This document shows, piece by piece, positions 10,061 to 21,429 of a stretch of DNA of 32,957 nt. A program made the position numbers and the translations under genes. The DNA comes from Chiloscyllium plagiosum (lineage: Eukaryota), in contig NC_057720.1 in NCBI RefSeq assembly GCF_004010195.1, forward strand, positions 15,829,961 through 15,862,917, written 5' to 3'. The notes beneath the pieces are model-generated. The model was not told the DNA's origin, searched no databases, and worked only from the letters and a program-made list of their open reading frames with translations. Position 1 is the stretch's first letter. Every line of letters starts with the position of its first letter.

Positions 10061-10597
10061 ATTGCGTGCAATTCTGGTCTCCTTTCTATCGGAAGGATGT
10101 TGTCAAACTTGAAAGGGTTCAGAAAAGATTTACAAGGATGTTCCCAGGGTTGGAGGATTTGAGCTAGAGGGAGAGGCTGAACAGGCTGGGGCTGTTTTCC
10201 CTGGAGCGTCGGAGGCTGAGGGGTGACCTTCTAGAGGTTTACAAAATCATGAGGGGCATGGAGAGGATAAATAGGCAAAGTCTTTTTTCTGGGGTCAGGG
10301 AGTCCAGAACTAAAGGTCATAGGTTTAGGGTGAGAGGGGAAAGATATAAAAGAGACCTAAGGGGCAACGTTTTCACACAGAGGGTGGAATGAGCTACCAG
10401 AGGAAGTGGTAGAGGTTAATACAATTACAATTAAAAGGCATTTTTTGGTTGGGTATATGAATAGGAAGGGTTTGGAGGGAAATGGGCCGGGTGCTGGCAG
10501 GTCGGACTAGATTGGGTTGGGATATCTGGTCAGCTTGGACGGATCAGACCGAAGGATCTATTTCGGTATTGTACATCTCTATGACTCAATGACTCTA
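10061..10597 (+). mobile_element. HER1/CR1 LINE 3' fragment
   Basis: YCVQFWSP...ERVQKRFTRMFPGL...LERRRLRGDL C-terminus, with a tail ending ctatgactcaatgactct. Confidence 0.9.
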
Positions 10598-10994
10598 AAA
10601 GGTGAGCTGGGAGAACTGGCCACTCCCCTTTTGTTGTACAAGTGTTTGTTTTCCCCAAAAAACTTGAAAGTCTGTTTTCTGAGGTAGTATCTGTTAGTTA
10701 CAATCAAACTGGCCTGAAACCCTTCAACTTAGACTTTGCAGAGCCTGTGTCTTTTGTAACCTCTCTGGAAAAAAAAACCAAGGACCACAAAACCTTGTTC
10801 AAGGAGAAGCTCATCACACAGTGTTCTATAAAACTACTCAGTCCTCAGCATCAGGGAGGGCTCAATAAATGCTGGTCTCGCTAATGCCGCCACTTCTAGT
10901 GAATTAATTTGTTTTTTGAAAATCAGAAATAGTTAGCAGGTTCCATTGGATGACGCACCAAGGATGAATAAAACTAAGGAGCTGGGAGTTATAG

Positions 10995-11195
10995 GAGAAA
11001 GTGAGGACTGCAGATGCCGGAGATCAGAGCTGAAAATGTGTTGCTGGAAAAGCGCAGCAGGTCAGGCAGCATCCAAGGAGCAGGAGAATCGACGTTTCGG
11101 GCATGAGCCCTTCTTCGGGCTCATGCCCGAAACGTCGATTCTCCTGCTCCTTGGATGCTGCCTGACCTACTGCGCTTTTCCAGCAACACATTCTC
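10995..11195. mobile_element. Palindromic Penelope-derived mini-element with 15-bp TSD
   Basis: Arms 11028-11110 and 11117-11199 (81/83 complementary), loop ttcttc. Direct repeat agctgggagttatag at 10980-10994 and 11196-11210. Confidence 0.9.
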
Positions 11196-11234
11196 AGCTG
11201 GGAGTTATAGACACTCATTCCTTCATAAGGACTA

Positions 11235-11550
11235 TTTTTTATTCATCCAGAGGGTGTGGGTGTGACTGGACAGGCCAGCATTTATTGTCCATCCCTAATT
11301 GCCCAGTGGTCAGCTAAATTTCACTATGAGGGTTTGGAGTCACGTGTAGGCTTGACCAGGTAAAGATGGCAACTTTCTTCCCTAAAGGACATGAGTGAAC
11401 CAACTCAATGACAATGGATTCAAGGTCATCACTTAATTTCCATTTTGTTTTTTATTGAATTCAGGTTCAACCATCTGTCATGGCAGGATTCAAACCCACA
11501 TCCTCAGAACATTACCTGGATTAATAGTCTTGTGATAATACCACTAGGCT
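11235..11550 (-). mobile_element. tRNA-derived SINE, second family (shares its tail with the LINE at 23885-27795)
   Basis: Minus strand: B-box gggtttgaatcc, atggttgaacctgaattcaataaaaa, ggttcactcatgtcctttagggaag, tail agggatggacaataaatgctggcc...ggatgaataaaaaa. Confidence 0.8.
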
Positions 11551-13044
11551 GTGGGAATATTTCCCTTAGCTGCAGACTTCAACAAGTAAGACTTCAGTAG
11601 CCGGGTATTTCAGAAGAGGAGAAATGCAGGCAATGGAGACAGGTTTCACGCATCAAGTTGCGAGAAGGGGAGAACAGATTGATTCCACTTCACACATCTT
11701 GAGCAGATTGCAAGAGGTTTCTCAAGACTGAAGAAATCCAAGCGAGAGTCCAACCACTAATGGTCATTTTTTTCCTTCAAAAGCAATAAGGAAACAGAAG
11801 TAATGACCCTATAATGACGCAGACAGGAATGATGTTCTTACAATCACCATCAACCTGAGGCTTTCAGTGCAGCAAGAGTCCTGGTTTCTGAAATGTTTTT
11901 ACATTTTGTTTGGCATTTGCTCTCTTATAGTTTATAACGTTATTGTTTTTCAAGTTGTGTCAGCATTTTAGCTGCAACACTGATGAATACCATCGTACAT
12001 GCATTTGTTGAATCATCAGAATGGAGCCCCACTTGGCATGACATTTATAATCTCATATTAGATGAATGCTGACTAAGTTATCCGATTGGTTAATTGGATG
12101 AATTATAGGTCCCGGCACATCACTAATGCTTGGGCTAAATAGGCATGTGGCTGCACTGGCTGTTAGCAATAATGATTATTACAGTTTTATAATATGAAGA
12201 CAGAGCAGCTTATTAGTCTTTATTTTTTTGACGTGTCTTTCTTTTCATTGCTGAGAATGAAAATCAAACACTTTGATTGTGAAAGGTTTTAAACTAATTC
12301 TTCTTAAACTTGTTAATTATTTCTAAAAATCACTGCACAACAACTAAATACGGATGCCAAATGAATTTTAAATCTCCAGCCTAACTCTAACATTATAGCT
12401 GATTTTAATGAGAGCTTTACAGGGGTTGTACAACACAGCCACCGCCTTGTTTCTTCCAGCCTTGTTGAAGTATTCCAAGTGCATATTGTTAAGTGTCAAT
12501 CTGTGATTGTAAAATTCAGATATTCGTATGTCGCAGTATTTCTCAGCTCTCAGTTGTTCAGTTCCAATATTTCCATGTGTGCTTTTACTCCCAGCAAAGC
12601 TTTGTGAAGCACTGATCATCATAACACCCCTTTTCCTACAGGGGCCACAGTGCAATGCTACCTACAGAGGGTGTCAACTTCATGACATTAGGTTCTCAGG
12701 ATCTGGGTTTACATTTCGTTTAATTTCTCTTGTGGGTATAGGTTTGCTGCATAATCTTGTCTAATTGATTCCACTGGTTCACTGAGGTTTATTTTATACT
12801 TTGATGTCTTATGTATCAATACATACCTCCTGTAAGACATTAAATATGATATTTGTATAAGTACTTCATGATGGTGGCTATTTCTTTAATGTCATTGAAT
12901 TTAATTGTTTAGGAATGCTTCGAATTAAGGACACATTAACAAGTAAATAAACAAATTTGGTTGCACTAATACCATTTGATTTCATTGTTATAACTTAAGT
13001 GAAATAGAAGAGGACATCTTGTTGATGATACCGCATTGTTTTCC

Positions 13045-13180
13045 CATGATCCCATGGCACTACTGAAGGATAGGAGGAGGTTCTGATCGACCAGGGTCAC
13101 CAAAGTTGATGTGCTGGCCATTTTATCATTGCCATTTCTGGGATCCTAGTACATTTATGTTTCCTGCCACATTCAACTAC
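13045..13180 (+). mobile_element. Deu-domain SINE fragment
   Basis: gatcccatggcactactgaag...ctggccattttatcattgccatttctgggatc...tttcctgccacattcaac resembles the Deu core. Confidence 0.45.
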
Positions 13181-13397
13181 AAATTAGCCTCACTGCATTT
13201 GTTGCCCACCATGACGATGTGCCCTCACTGCCCCATGTGAATCTGGTGCGCTTGCTGTCACTGCTAGTGCTGACACAGAACTGGTATAATGGCGACATGT
13301 AGCAGCAGATTTCAGAAACCACGGGCACTTTGCTCCCTGAGAGCAGCCAACATTGAGGGTAATGGTCTGTGAGACAGAGGGGTGCTGGGACTTCAAA

Positions 13398-14120
13398 ACA
13401 TAGAAAGTACGAACAGGAGTAGGCCATTTGGCCCATCGAGACCATGATGCCATTCAACAAGGTCCTGACTGATCCTTTATGTCAATGCAATACTCCTATT
13501 CTCACCCATACTCACTGGCAACCTTAGCTCTTAGTAACGTCTTACTTTGCTAAATATATTCAAGGAACTTGCCTCCCGAGGTCTCTGTGGTAGAGAATTG
13601 CTTCTCATCTCAGTCTGAAATGACCTGCCATGTAACCTGAGGCTGTGGGGCCTTGTTCTGGACATTTCCAACCCCCACCAGTACCCCAGGGGTAATATCA
13701 TCTCTTCATCCAGCTCTGATAGAAATCTGTGTGTCATGAGATCCCCACTCATTCTTCTAAACTCCAGTGAATACATGCCAAGTTGACCCAATCTCTTTTC
13801 TCAGGGGAGACCTGTGATCCCAGAATATCAAAATTCCTAAAGTTTGGAAGGAGGCCATTCGGCCCATTGAATCCACACTAATACTCCAAAGACCATCCAA
13901 CCCAGACCCACCTTAAACTGTAACCCTGCATTTCCCTTGGCCAATCCACCTAAGCTGCATATCTTTGGATTGTGGGAGGAACCTCATGTAGACACGGGGA
14001 GAATGTGCAAACTCCACACAGACACGGCTGGAATTGAACCCATGTCCCTGGCGCTGTGAGGTAGCCGTACTAACCACTGAGCCACCGTGAATCTGGTGAA
14101 GCTTTACTGCACGTCCTCTG
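13398..14120 (-). mobile_element. CR1 3' fragment (13398-13830 and 14088-14120) split by a SINE
   Basis: ORF 13531-13791 LGMYSLEFRRMSGDL; CR1 tail at 13398-13460. Confidence 0.8.
13835..14087 (-). mobile_element. HE1-type V-SINE
   Basis: Minus-strand head acggtggctcagtggttagtacggctacctcacagcgccagggacatgggttcaattcc. Confidence 0.88.
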
Positions 14121-14304
14121 TAGTAGACAGGGAAAATCAACAAAGTCGCACACCACTTCCACTTTCAGTTCCACTGCTCTCTCAGCACACAGTGGTACGA
14201 GCTTTTGACTTGACAAGTGATACTCCCAAAAACAATTTACTTCATTTCAAGAGTAATTCCGCACTTGTAAAGCATCATGCAGTGAAACACATTTTACTTT
14301 TTAG

Positions 14305-14387
14305 GTTTCTCTCCCCTTCCTCCCCTGAAACATGGACCTATACCAGGCCACTGTACTGTAGGTATCCATATTCCACCAGCCACCTGT
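14305..14387 (+). other. Candidate 83-bp internal exon of an unidentified host gene
   Basis: Acceptor ttttactttttag|G and donor TGT|gtaagt in non-repeat DNA. Two frames are open (FSPLPPLKHGPIPGHCTVGIHIPPATC or FLSPSSPETWTYTRPLYCRYPYSTSHL). Protein not recognised. Confidence 0.3.
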
Positions 14388-14904
14388 GTAAGTGACCATA
14401 TGCAAAGTACACTTGCTGAACAGAGGGGCACAATAGGAATGATGAAATCTGGAAACGTCGAATGTCGGAGCTGTTCGACCCTTTGAGTCTGCACCGCCAT
14501 TCAGTATGATCTGATTTGATCATCCATTCAGTACCTTGTTCCCATATTCTTTGATCTCTTTACCGGCTGTCCCTGGGATGTGAATGGTTCTGTTCTTGAG
14601 TTTGTTCATAGCTTCATTTGTACACAAGTCAGAACACAATGCAGGACAATAAGCCATTCCTAAGTACAGCAAATGTGTGCATGTCAGATCTTTAAAATTA
14701 CATCCTCTATGGATCACATTTGTAAGTTCAAGTGTTTGCAAGTCAGACATCGTAAATCAGGGACCCCCTGTAGCCCTAAGCAAAGATACAAAGAACAGCA
14801 CAACACAGGAACAGGCTCTTCAGCCCGTCAAGACTGCACTGACACACAATGTCTTTCTAAACTAAAAACATTTTGCTTCTATGTCTTCCGTTTACCTCTA
14901 ATCC

Positions 14905-15075
14905 TTGCTTATTTATTTCCTGATCTCTTTCTGCACCTTCTCAATAGCTGTAACTCTACATCCTGCACTCTGTTCTGTTACCCTGATGCACTTGTATAGT
15001 ACAATCTGTCTGTGAAGTGCATAAGACTATATCTCAGTACATGTAATGAATCAAATCAAATCAACTCAAATCTAA
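14905..15075 (+). mobile_element. LINE 3' UTR with (AATCA)n tail, probably Rex1/Babar-like
   Basis: gatctctttctgcaccttctc...gttaccctgatgcacttg...atctcagtacatgtaatgaatcaaatcaaatcaa. Confidence 0.5.
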
Positions 15076-15384
15076 ATCTGTCAAGATCCCTTTTAAACAT
15101 TGCTGATGTATCCACCTCCACTACCTCCATTTGCAGCACATTCCAGATATTTACCACCCTCTGGGTAAAATACCTGCCTCTCATATTGCCTTCAAACTTA
15201 CTCCCTTTTACCTTAAACCCATATGACCTACTAATTGATATTTCTACCCTGGGAGAATGACTCCATTCTGTCCATGCCTCTTATAATTTTGCAAACTTCT
15301 ATCAGGCCATACCTCTTGTCAAGCATCATGCAATGAAACACATTTTACTTTGTAGGTTTCTCTCCCCCTCCTTCTCTGAAGCAT

Positions 15385-15692
15385 GGATGGTGGCTTAGTG
15401 GTTAGCACTACTGCCTCATAGCTCCAGGGACCCGGGTTTGATCCCAGCCTTGGGTAACTGTCTGTGTGGTGTTTGCGCATTCTCCCCATGTCTGTGTGGG
15501 TATCCTCCGGGTGCTCCAGTTTCCTCCCACAGTCCAAAGATGTGCAGGCCAGGTGAATTGGCCATGCTAAAATTGCCTGTAGAGCTAGGTGCATTAGTTA
15601 GGGGGAATGGGTTTGGGTGGGTTACTCTTCAGAGGGTTGGTGTGGACTAGTTGGGCTGAAGGGCATGTTTCCACACTGTAGGGAATCTAATC
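15385..15692 (+). mobile_element. HE1-type V-SINE
   Basis: ggtggcttagtggttagcactactgcctcatagctccagggacccgggtttgatccc...ccacactgtagggaatctaat. Confidence 0.9.
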
Positions 15693-16769
15693 CTTCAATG
15701 TTCAAGTGAAAGCATAGCAAGTTTGTCCAAAATCCCCTCAGAGCTAATGACCTCCAAACCAGGCAACACCTTTTTAAATTGTTTATGTACCTTCTCCAAA
15801 ACATCTACATCTTTCTGGTAATCTGGTGACTAGAACTGTATACAATGGTACAAATGTGGCCTAATTAAAGTTCAATACTTGCCAATTAATTTATTCTATG
15901 CCCTGTCCAATGAAGGCAAGCATGCCATATACTTTCTTGACCACCTTATCCAACTTGTGTTGCCACCTTCAGTGAACTGTGGACTTATACACCCAGATCC
16001 CTCTGTATGCTGATGCTCCAAAGGGTTCTGCTATTTCCTGTATACTTCGCTCCTGCATTAGATCTTCCAAAATGCACCACCTCTCATTTGTCCAGAGTAA
16101 ACTCAATCTGCCTTTTCCCTGCCCAAGTCTCCAGCCCTATCTATATCCTGCTGATCCACAGCTCCCCCAATCTTTGTGTCATCCGTAAACATATTAATCA
16201 GGACATCAAATTCTCCTCCAAATCATTTATATTTTTTACAAATAACAACTGTCCCAGCATTGATCCGTGTGGAACACCACTGATCACAGATCTCCACTCT
16301 GAAAAACACTGTTCCACCACTATCTCAGTCCTCTATAACTAAGCAATTTTTGTATTTATCTTACCAGCTCACCACAGATCCCATGTCACTTCATCTTTTG
16401 TATCAACCCTCCACAAAGAACTTAGTGAAAGCCCTTGCTAAAGTCCATTTAGACAACATTTATTGCCCTGCCCTCATCGGTCATCTTTGTTACTTCCTTA
16501 AAAATCTCAACCACGTTTGTGTGATACGATCTTCCCCGCACAAAGCTGGCCTACTGCCTATTGCTAATAATTTAACATTTTCCAAATGTGAGTCAATCCT
16601 ATCCCTAAACATCTTATCCAATAACTTCCTTACCACTGACGCAAAACTTTCCAGCCTGTAATTTCCTTATTATCCCTGTTGTCCTTCTTAAACAAAGCAA
16701 CATTGTTGGCGATTCTCCAATCCTTTGGGACCTGTTCTGTGACAAAAAAGATACAAACATTTTGTACAA

Positions 16770-16905
16770 GGACTTTCTTTACTTTCTTGGAAACATCCAA
16801 TGTGTTGGCCTCAACTGCTTTCTGTAGCAGAGAATTATATAGGCTCGCTACTCTCTGGATGAAGAAATTCCTCCTCAAGTCAGCCTGAAATGGCCTATCC
16901 TATGA
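16770..16905 (-). mobile_element. CR1 C-terminal fragment
   Basis: RRNFFIQRVASLYNSLLQKAVEANTL (ORF 16630-16878). Confidence 0.72.
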
Positions 16906-16919
16906 AGTTAAACAGTGTC

Positions 16920-17600
16920 CCTGCAATTTCTTTGCTGTTCTCAACATACTGGTGGTGTAGAACATCTAGGATTTGGTGCAGTTCGTGGCTGTCTAACAGA
17001 TATTGAAATAGGTCTGTGCAAGAACAGATCTCTGATGCAGATCGTTGTTGAGTGTCAATGTTCAACTGGTGCCATCATCCAGATAACCATGGAACTTAGA
17101 GTTGCTCATGCGATTGTTGGTAAGCTGAAGAGTCTTTCAGCGTTGAACAATTGTTGAAGGTTTCCATAACAAGCCTTCACACCAGATAGTGTCAAATGCC
17201 GATGACAAGTCGATGAAGACATCTGCAGTTTTTCACTGCTACTGAAACCCTACTTCCATGTTAGTTATGGGGAAGACACCTAGTCAGAGAAGCCTCTTCT
17301 TTCTTTGAAGATCACCTATTTGTTTGGGAAGACACTTTCTGAAACTGGTTTTTAATATAGTTTAGGACAAATTATACCACCACCTTGGAGACTAGAGTCA
17401 GAAAGGTGATGCAGAGTTAAGGGATCATGGTCTGGTTTTCCTAGGGTTTTTGGACAGCAATAACTTTGGATTAGTGGCCAACGCCCTGGGCTATTCCAGC
17501 ACCAAGGATGTTGGAGTAGCATTTGGAAAGTGAGGTCCACTGATTTGGGCTGTGTCTTTTCAACATCTGTTCTGTAGCTATGCTGTGACCAAACCCTAGA
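16920..17600 (-). mobile_element. Decayed LINE RT fragment, Vingi/Ingi-like
   Basis: Minus strand KVIAVQK/LGKPDHDP, then MEVGFQ*Q*KTADVFIDLSSAFDTIWCEGLLWK, resembling the Vingi pattern IExGFQxxxKTGAVFxDLxAAYDTVW. Confidence 0.58.
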
Positions 17601-17664
17601 TCATAGGTGGATGACCTTGCACTATTTCTGTGGGAATCAACATTGGAGGGAGTAAATAGGATAT

Positions 17665-17972
17665 TATGGGGAGGTGATGGCATAGCGATAGTGCAATCCA
17701 GAACCCCAGGTCAATGTTCCAGGGACATGGGTTCAAGTCCCATCATCGCAGATGGTGAAATTGGAATCGAATGAAAAATCTAACAGTGACCATATAACTA
17801 TTGTTGTAAAAACGCTTCTGGCTTACTCATGTCCTATAGGAAAGGAAATTTGCCAATCTGGCCTACATGTGACACCAGACTGACAGCAATTTGGTTGATT
17901 CTTAACTGCCCTCTGGAATGGTCTAGCAGCCCATTTAGTTCAGGGACCAATGATCCCCACATCCCGTGACAG
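17665..17972 (+). mobile_element. tRNA-derived SINE, second family
   Basis: gatggcatagcg...gggttcaagtccc...gcagatggtgaaatt...tctggcctacatgtgac...ttaactgccctctggaatgg...cccacatcccgtga. Confidence 0.8.
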
Positions 17973-18249
17973 ATTATTTAAAATTTACTGCACCTCACAT
18001 GAGGACCTGAGGGACTCTGAAAAGAAAAATGTCCTTTGTTAATGGCTCTGCTATCATTATCCTCCAGCAATGGAAACTTATCCAGTTGAACCTATTCGCC
18101 AAAAATGTCAATTCAGATCATGACAGGCACTTGGTGTTGCAAGGTTTAGGCTGGGTCCGACAAAGAATGCTCTCCTCACTTAGGTGCTTTCAGGACAGTA
18201 ACATATTCCTCAGGATAAGCTATCTCTCCAGGCATATTTCAGAAACAAA

Positions 18250-19840
18250 GGGCAGAACATTATCAGGACCTGTCTTGGGCGATAGTGAGATCTGAGACAA
18301 AACTGCAAAGGCCTTTCTCAACGTTGGGAGCCTCTCACTCCATCTGCAGACGACCAGTGTGGCGAATTTCTCACGAGGCATCAGCAAGTTGCCCATTAAG
18401 GTCGATTTCAACGTGTTAAAGCCTTATTAATGGCACAACTCACCTAATTAGTATTCAGCTTCTTAATGAGCGTGCCAAAATAGCTCGGGAATTGTCAACA
18501 TAGAAGTCAGAATATGTACCTAGTGATGGGCACCAACATTTCAGGGCATGCTCCATGGGCACTGGATCCACTCATCCCTGATCCAGGGTCCAAGATACAC
18601 CATCGTCCAAGAACCCTCATGGCACAAAATGTCAAAGCTGTACCAAATTGCTGTTATTGCATTGCTGCTGAAAGGACACTGTGTGCTCAGGGACACATAC
18701 CCAGCTCATGGCCTTAACCGGGTTGCATCGCTAGGCCCTTCACTTGCCATCCTAGTAGTCAATCACTCTGACCCTTCCTAGATGACAACGTTGCTGCCTT
18801 GCCTCCCTCAGCCAGAGATACCAGACTCACAGGAGTTCTGTATTTCTGTGTCATTTAGCATGGACACGTGACTGTTAGCAGGGAGAGGGCCTTCAGTCAG
18901 GGTCCTCATCTAATAAGTCAACAGGAGCTTCTCCAACCAGACCAGGGCTTGGACATGGTCATTCAACCACAGAGGGTAGTCAAAGTCAGGGTGTTCTCTG
19001 CTTAATGCCAAGCAGCCCACCACCTGCCCTGACTCCTTCTGCCCTTTGATGGGCTGTTTTCCTCAAGGACTATGAGAGACACAGTGGGTGGACCAACTGT
19101 TAATGTCATGCAGCTGGGGAGGTGGCCCAAGCAAGTGGGTAGGCAGCATGAGGGTGTATAGGCTTAGTGCTGTCAGAGGTTGGGGTGGGTGAGATTGAGT
19201 GAGGGAAGATGTGACAGGCAACAGTGAGAGGGGTACAGCACGATAGAAAATCATGAGGGGCATAGGTAAGGTGAATAGCAAACGTCTTTTACCAAGGATA
19301 GGGGAGCTCAAAACTAGGGAATATGGGCCAAATACAGGCAAGTGGGACTAGCTTAGTTTGGGAAACTTGGTCAGCATGGATGGATTGGACTGAAGGGTCT
19401 GTTTCTATGCTGTATGACTCTATGAGCCTTGGTGGGAAGTGGGTAGAGTAGCAGAGGTAGAGTGAGTGTAAGGTACAGGAGAGAAAATACTGGCATTTGT
19501 TTTGGGAGTGAAAAGAAAGTCTTTGAACTTCTTATAGTGCTGTGCATTCCTCCAGATGCCAGATACTGCATTAGACCAGGCTGGTATAATCTGGTGCTGT
19601 TGTCTCTTCTGCTGGGCTGGGACAAAAGTCACCCATGTTGGTACCAGCGTAGACCTCCATGCAGTTGCCCACAAAGCAAGATACCCGTTTCCCTTATCTC
19701 CATGTCAGGGGCAAATGCCAGGCACCACACAGGACTGATAGTGATGGGCCAGGTGCACAGTGTCAGAGATGCAGGCTAATTCCAGATATCCCAGCAGCAG
19801 CCAGTTGTTCCGGGAACAAAATGTGGGTAAAATGGGCCTG
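18250..19840 (-). mobile_element. Probable PIF/Harbinger-type DNA transposon remnant with a Myb/SANT fragment at about 19500-19710
   Basis: ORF 19420-19674 FVPAQQKRQQHQIIPAWSNAVSGIWRNAQHYKKFKDFL is homologous to the peptide at 8070-8290. Left end gggcagaacattatc. Boundaries uncertain. Confidence 0.5.
19240..19425 (+). mobile_element. HER1/CR1 3' fragment with internal deletion
   Basis: aaaatcatgaggggcataggtaagg...aaaactagg joined directly to atatgggccaaat...ctgtatgactctatga. Confidence 0.78.
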
Positions 19841-20254
19841 GAATTAGACAAGAGAGATGCCACAGTGGGGAGGTAGGCAGTTAAAGATACAAGTTAGTTA
19901 ACAAACAGCAAGAAATCATAAGTCTAAACTGATATCAGTACATTGAAAACAATAACTGCTAGGATATTGTCTGTTTGTGGTCTCCTCAGGAATTAAGTTA
20001 CAGGCTGCTACCTTTTGATGTTTGCTTATGGTATTATTGTCAGAATCAATCTTGGTTCACCATATAGTAATGAGCATTAGGTCATAGAGTCTATGGTTAT
20101 CATAGGTAGTTATAGCATAAAATTCTACTTTACATCTGCATGATATTCAAAGCAATAATTGGATACTTGAACAAATACGTCTGGAAGATTAAAATCAAAG
20201 TCCAGTATAATTTATGAATAGGATGAGGTACATTTGCCTCAACATTTGCTGAAA

Positions 20255-21345
20255 GAGGCAAGCTGCTAGCATTGATAGAAGTGTGGCTGTCTGGCAGAAA
20301 GCAGAGAGTGGGGATAAAAGGGTCCTTCTCAGGATGGCAGCCAATGGCAAGTGGTGTTCCGCAAGGCTCAGTGTTGGGACCACGACTTTTCACTTTATAT
20401 ATTAGTGATCTAGATGAAGGAACTGAGGGCATTCTGGCTAAGTTTGCAGATAATACAAAGATAGGTAGCATCAAGGAGGTGGGGAGGCTGCAGAAGGATT
20501 TGTACAGGTTAGGAGAGCAGGCAAAGAAGTGGCAGATGGAGTACAGCATGGAAAAGTGTGAGGTCATGCACTTTGGTAGGAAGAATAGAGGCATGGATTA
20601 TTTTCTAAATGGGGAGAAAATTCAGAAGTCTGAAGTGCAAAGCAGCCTGGGAGTTCTATTCTCTCAAGGTAAACTTGCAGGTTGAGTTAGAATTGGGAAG
20701 GCAAATGCAATGATGACATTCATATTGAGAGGATTGACTATAAAAGCAAGGATGTACTTCTGAGGCTCTATAAGACTCTGGTCAGACCACATTTGAAGTA
20801 TTGTGCACAGTTTTGGGCTCCTTATCTCAGGAAGGATGTACTCGCCCTGTAGGGTATTCAGGAGAGTTTCATGAGAATGGTCCCAGGAATGAAAAGCTTA
20901 ATATATGAGGAATGGTTGAGGACTCTGGGTCTATACTCGATGGAGTTTAGAAGGAGGAGGGGGGATCTAAATGAAACGTATAGAATACTGAATGGCCTGG
21001 ACAGACTAGATGTTGGGAAGATGTTTCCATTGGGAGGAGATATGAGGCCCCCAGGGGAAAGCTTTAGAGTAAAGGGAACTTTTAGAATGGAGATAAGGAG
21101 AAACTTCTTCAGCCAGAGATTGCTGAATCTATATAATTCATTGCCACAGAAAGCTGTGGAGGCCAGGTCATTGAGTATATTTAAGAATGAGATCAATAGG
21201 TTCTTGAGTATCAAAGAGATCAAGGGTTACAGCAAGAAAGCCAGAGAATGGGATTGAGAAACTTGTTGGCCTTGATTGAAGGTGGAGCAAACTCGATGGG
21301 CTGAATAGCCAAATTTCTGCTCTAATGTCTTATGGACTTATGATC
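20255..21345 (+). mobile_element. CR1 LINE RT and 3' end
   Basis: ORF 20272-20685 SGVPQGSVLGP...KFADNTK; ORF 20871-21257 CR1 C-terminus; tail ending tcttatgg repeats. Confidence 0.93.
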
Positions 21346-21429
21346 TTATGGTCTTATAACATTTGTTTGAGATCAAGAAACTTGCTGTATACTTCATTGT
21401 GTTTCATTTACAAGACGCAATGCAGTTTG

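Larger units (their letters stand above)
9323..10818 (-). mobile_element. Solo LTR interrupted by an HE1 SINE and a CR1
   Basis: Ends tgtcatg...catcaca (6/7 inverted match), flanks caga/cagt, AATAAA on the minus strand near 9467. The terminus is homologous to the LTR at 28956-29566. Confidence 0.68.
14785..16770 (-). mobile_element. CR1 LINE RT-to-3' portion with nested insertions
   Basis: Tail at 14785-14900. Minus-strand RT motifs VPKDWRIANNVALFKKDNRDN, VIQMDFSKGFH and SGVPHGSMLG at 16250-16740. Confidence 0.82.

Noticed and set aside
11028..11199. Hairpin as a pre-miRNA or DNA-transposon MITE
   Set aside because: The arms are Penelope terminal-repeat sequence also seen at 6303, 31555 and 32695, and the long TSD plus asymmetric end fit retrotransposition.
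10946..11317. Mirror ORFs on both strands sharing MCCWKSA.GQAASKEQENRRFGHEP
   Set aside because: A direct consequence of the DNA palindrome, not coding.
11570..11731. Possible plus-strand exon after ttcccttag (LQTSTSKTSVAGYFRRGEMQ...)
   Set aside because: Short polypyrimidine tract, unrecognised peptide and no supporting evidence.
12642..12735. Plus-strand exon after the acceptor-like ccccttttcctacag
   Set aside because: Only a weak donor is available and the peptide is unrecognisable; cannot be supported without RNA data.
20272..21257. Functional reverse transcriptase gene
   Set aside because: 5'-truncated and frameshifted CR1 with the catalytic FADD changed to FADN.
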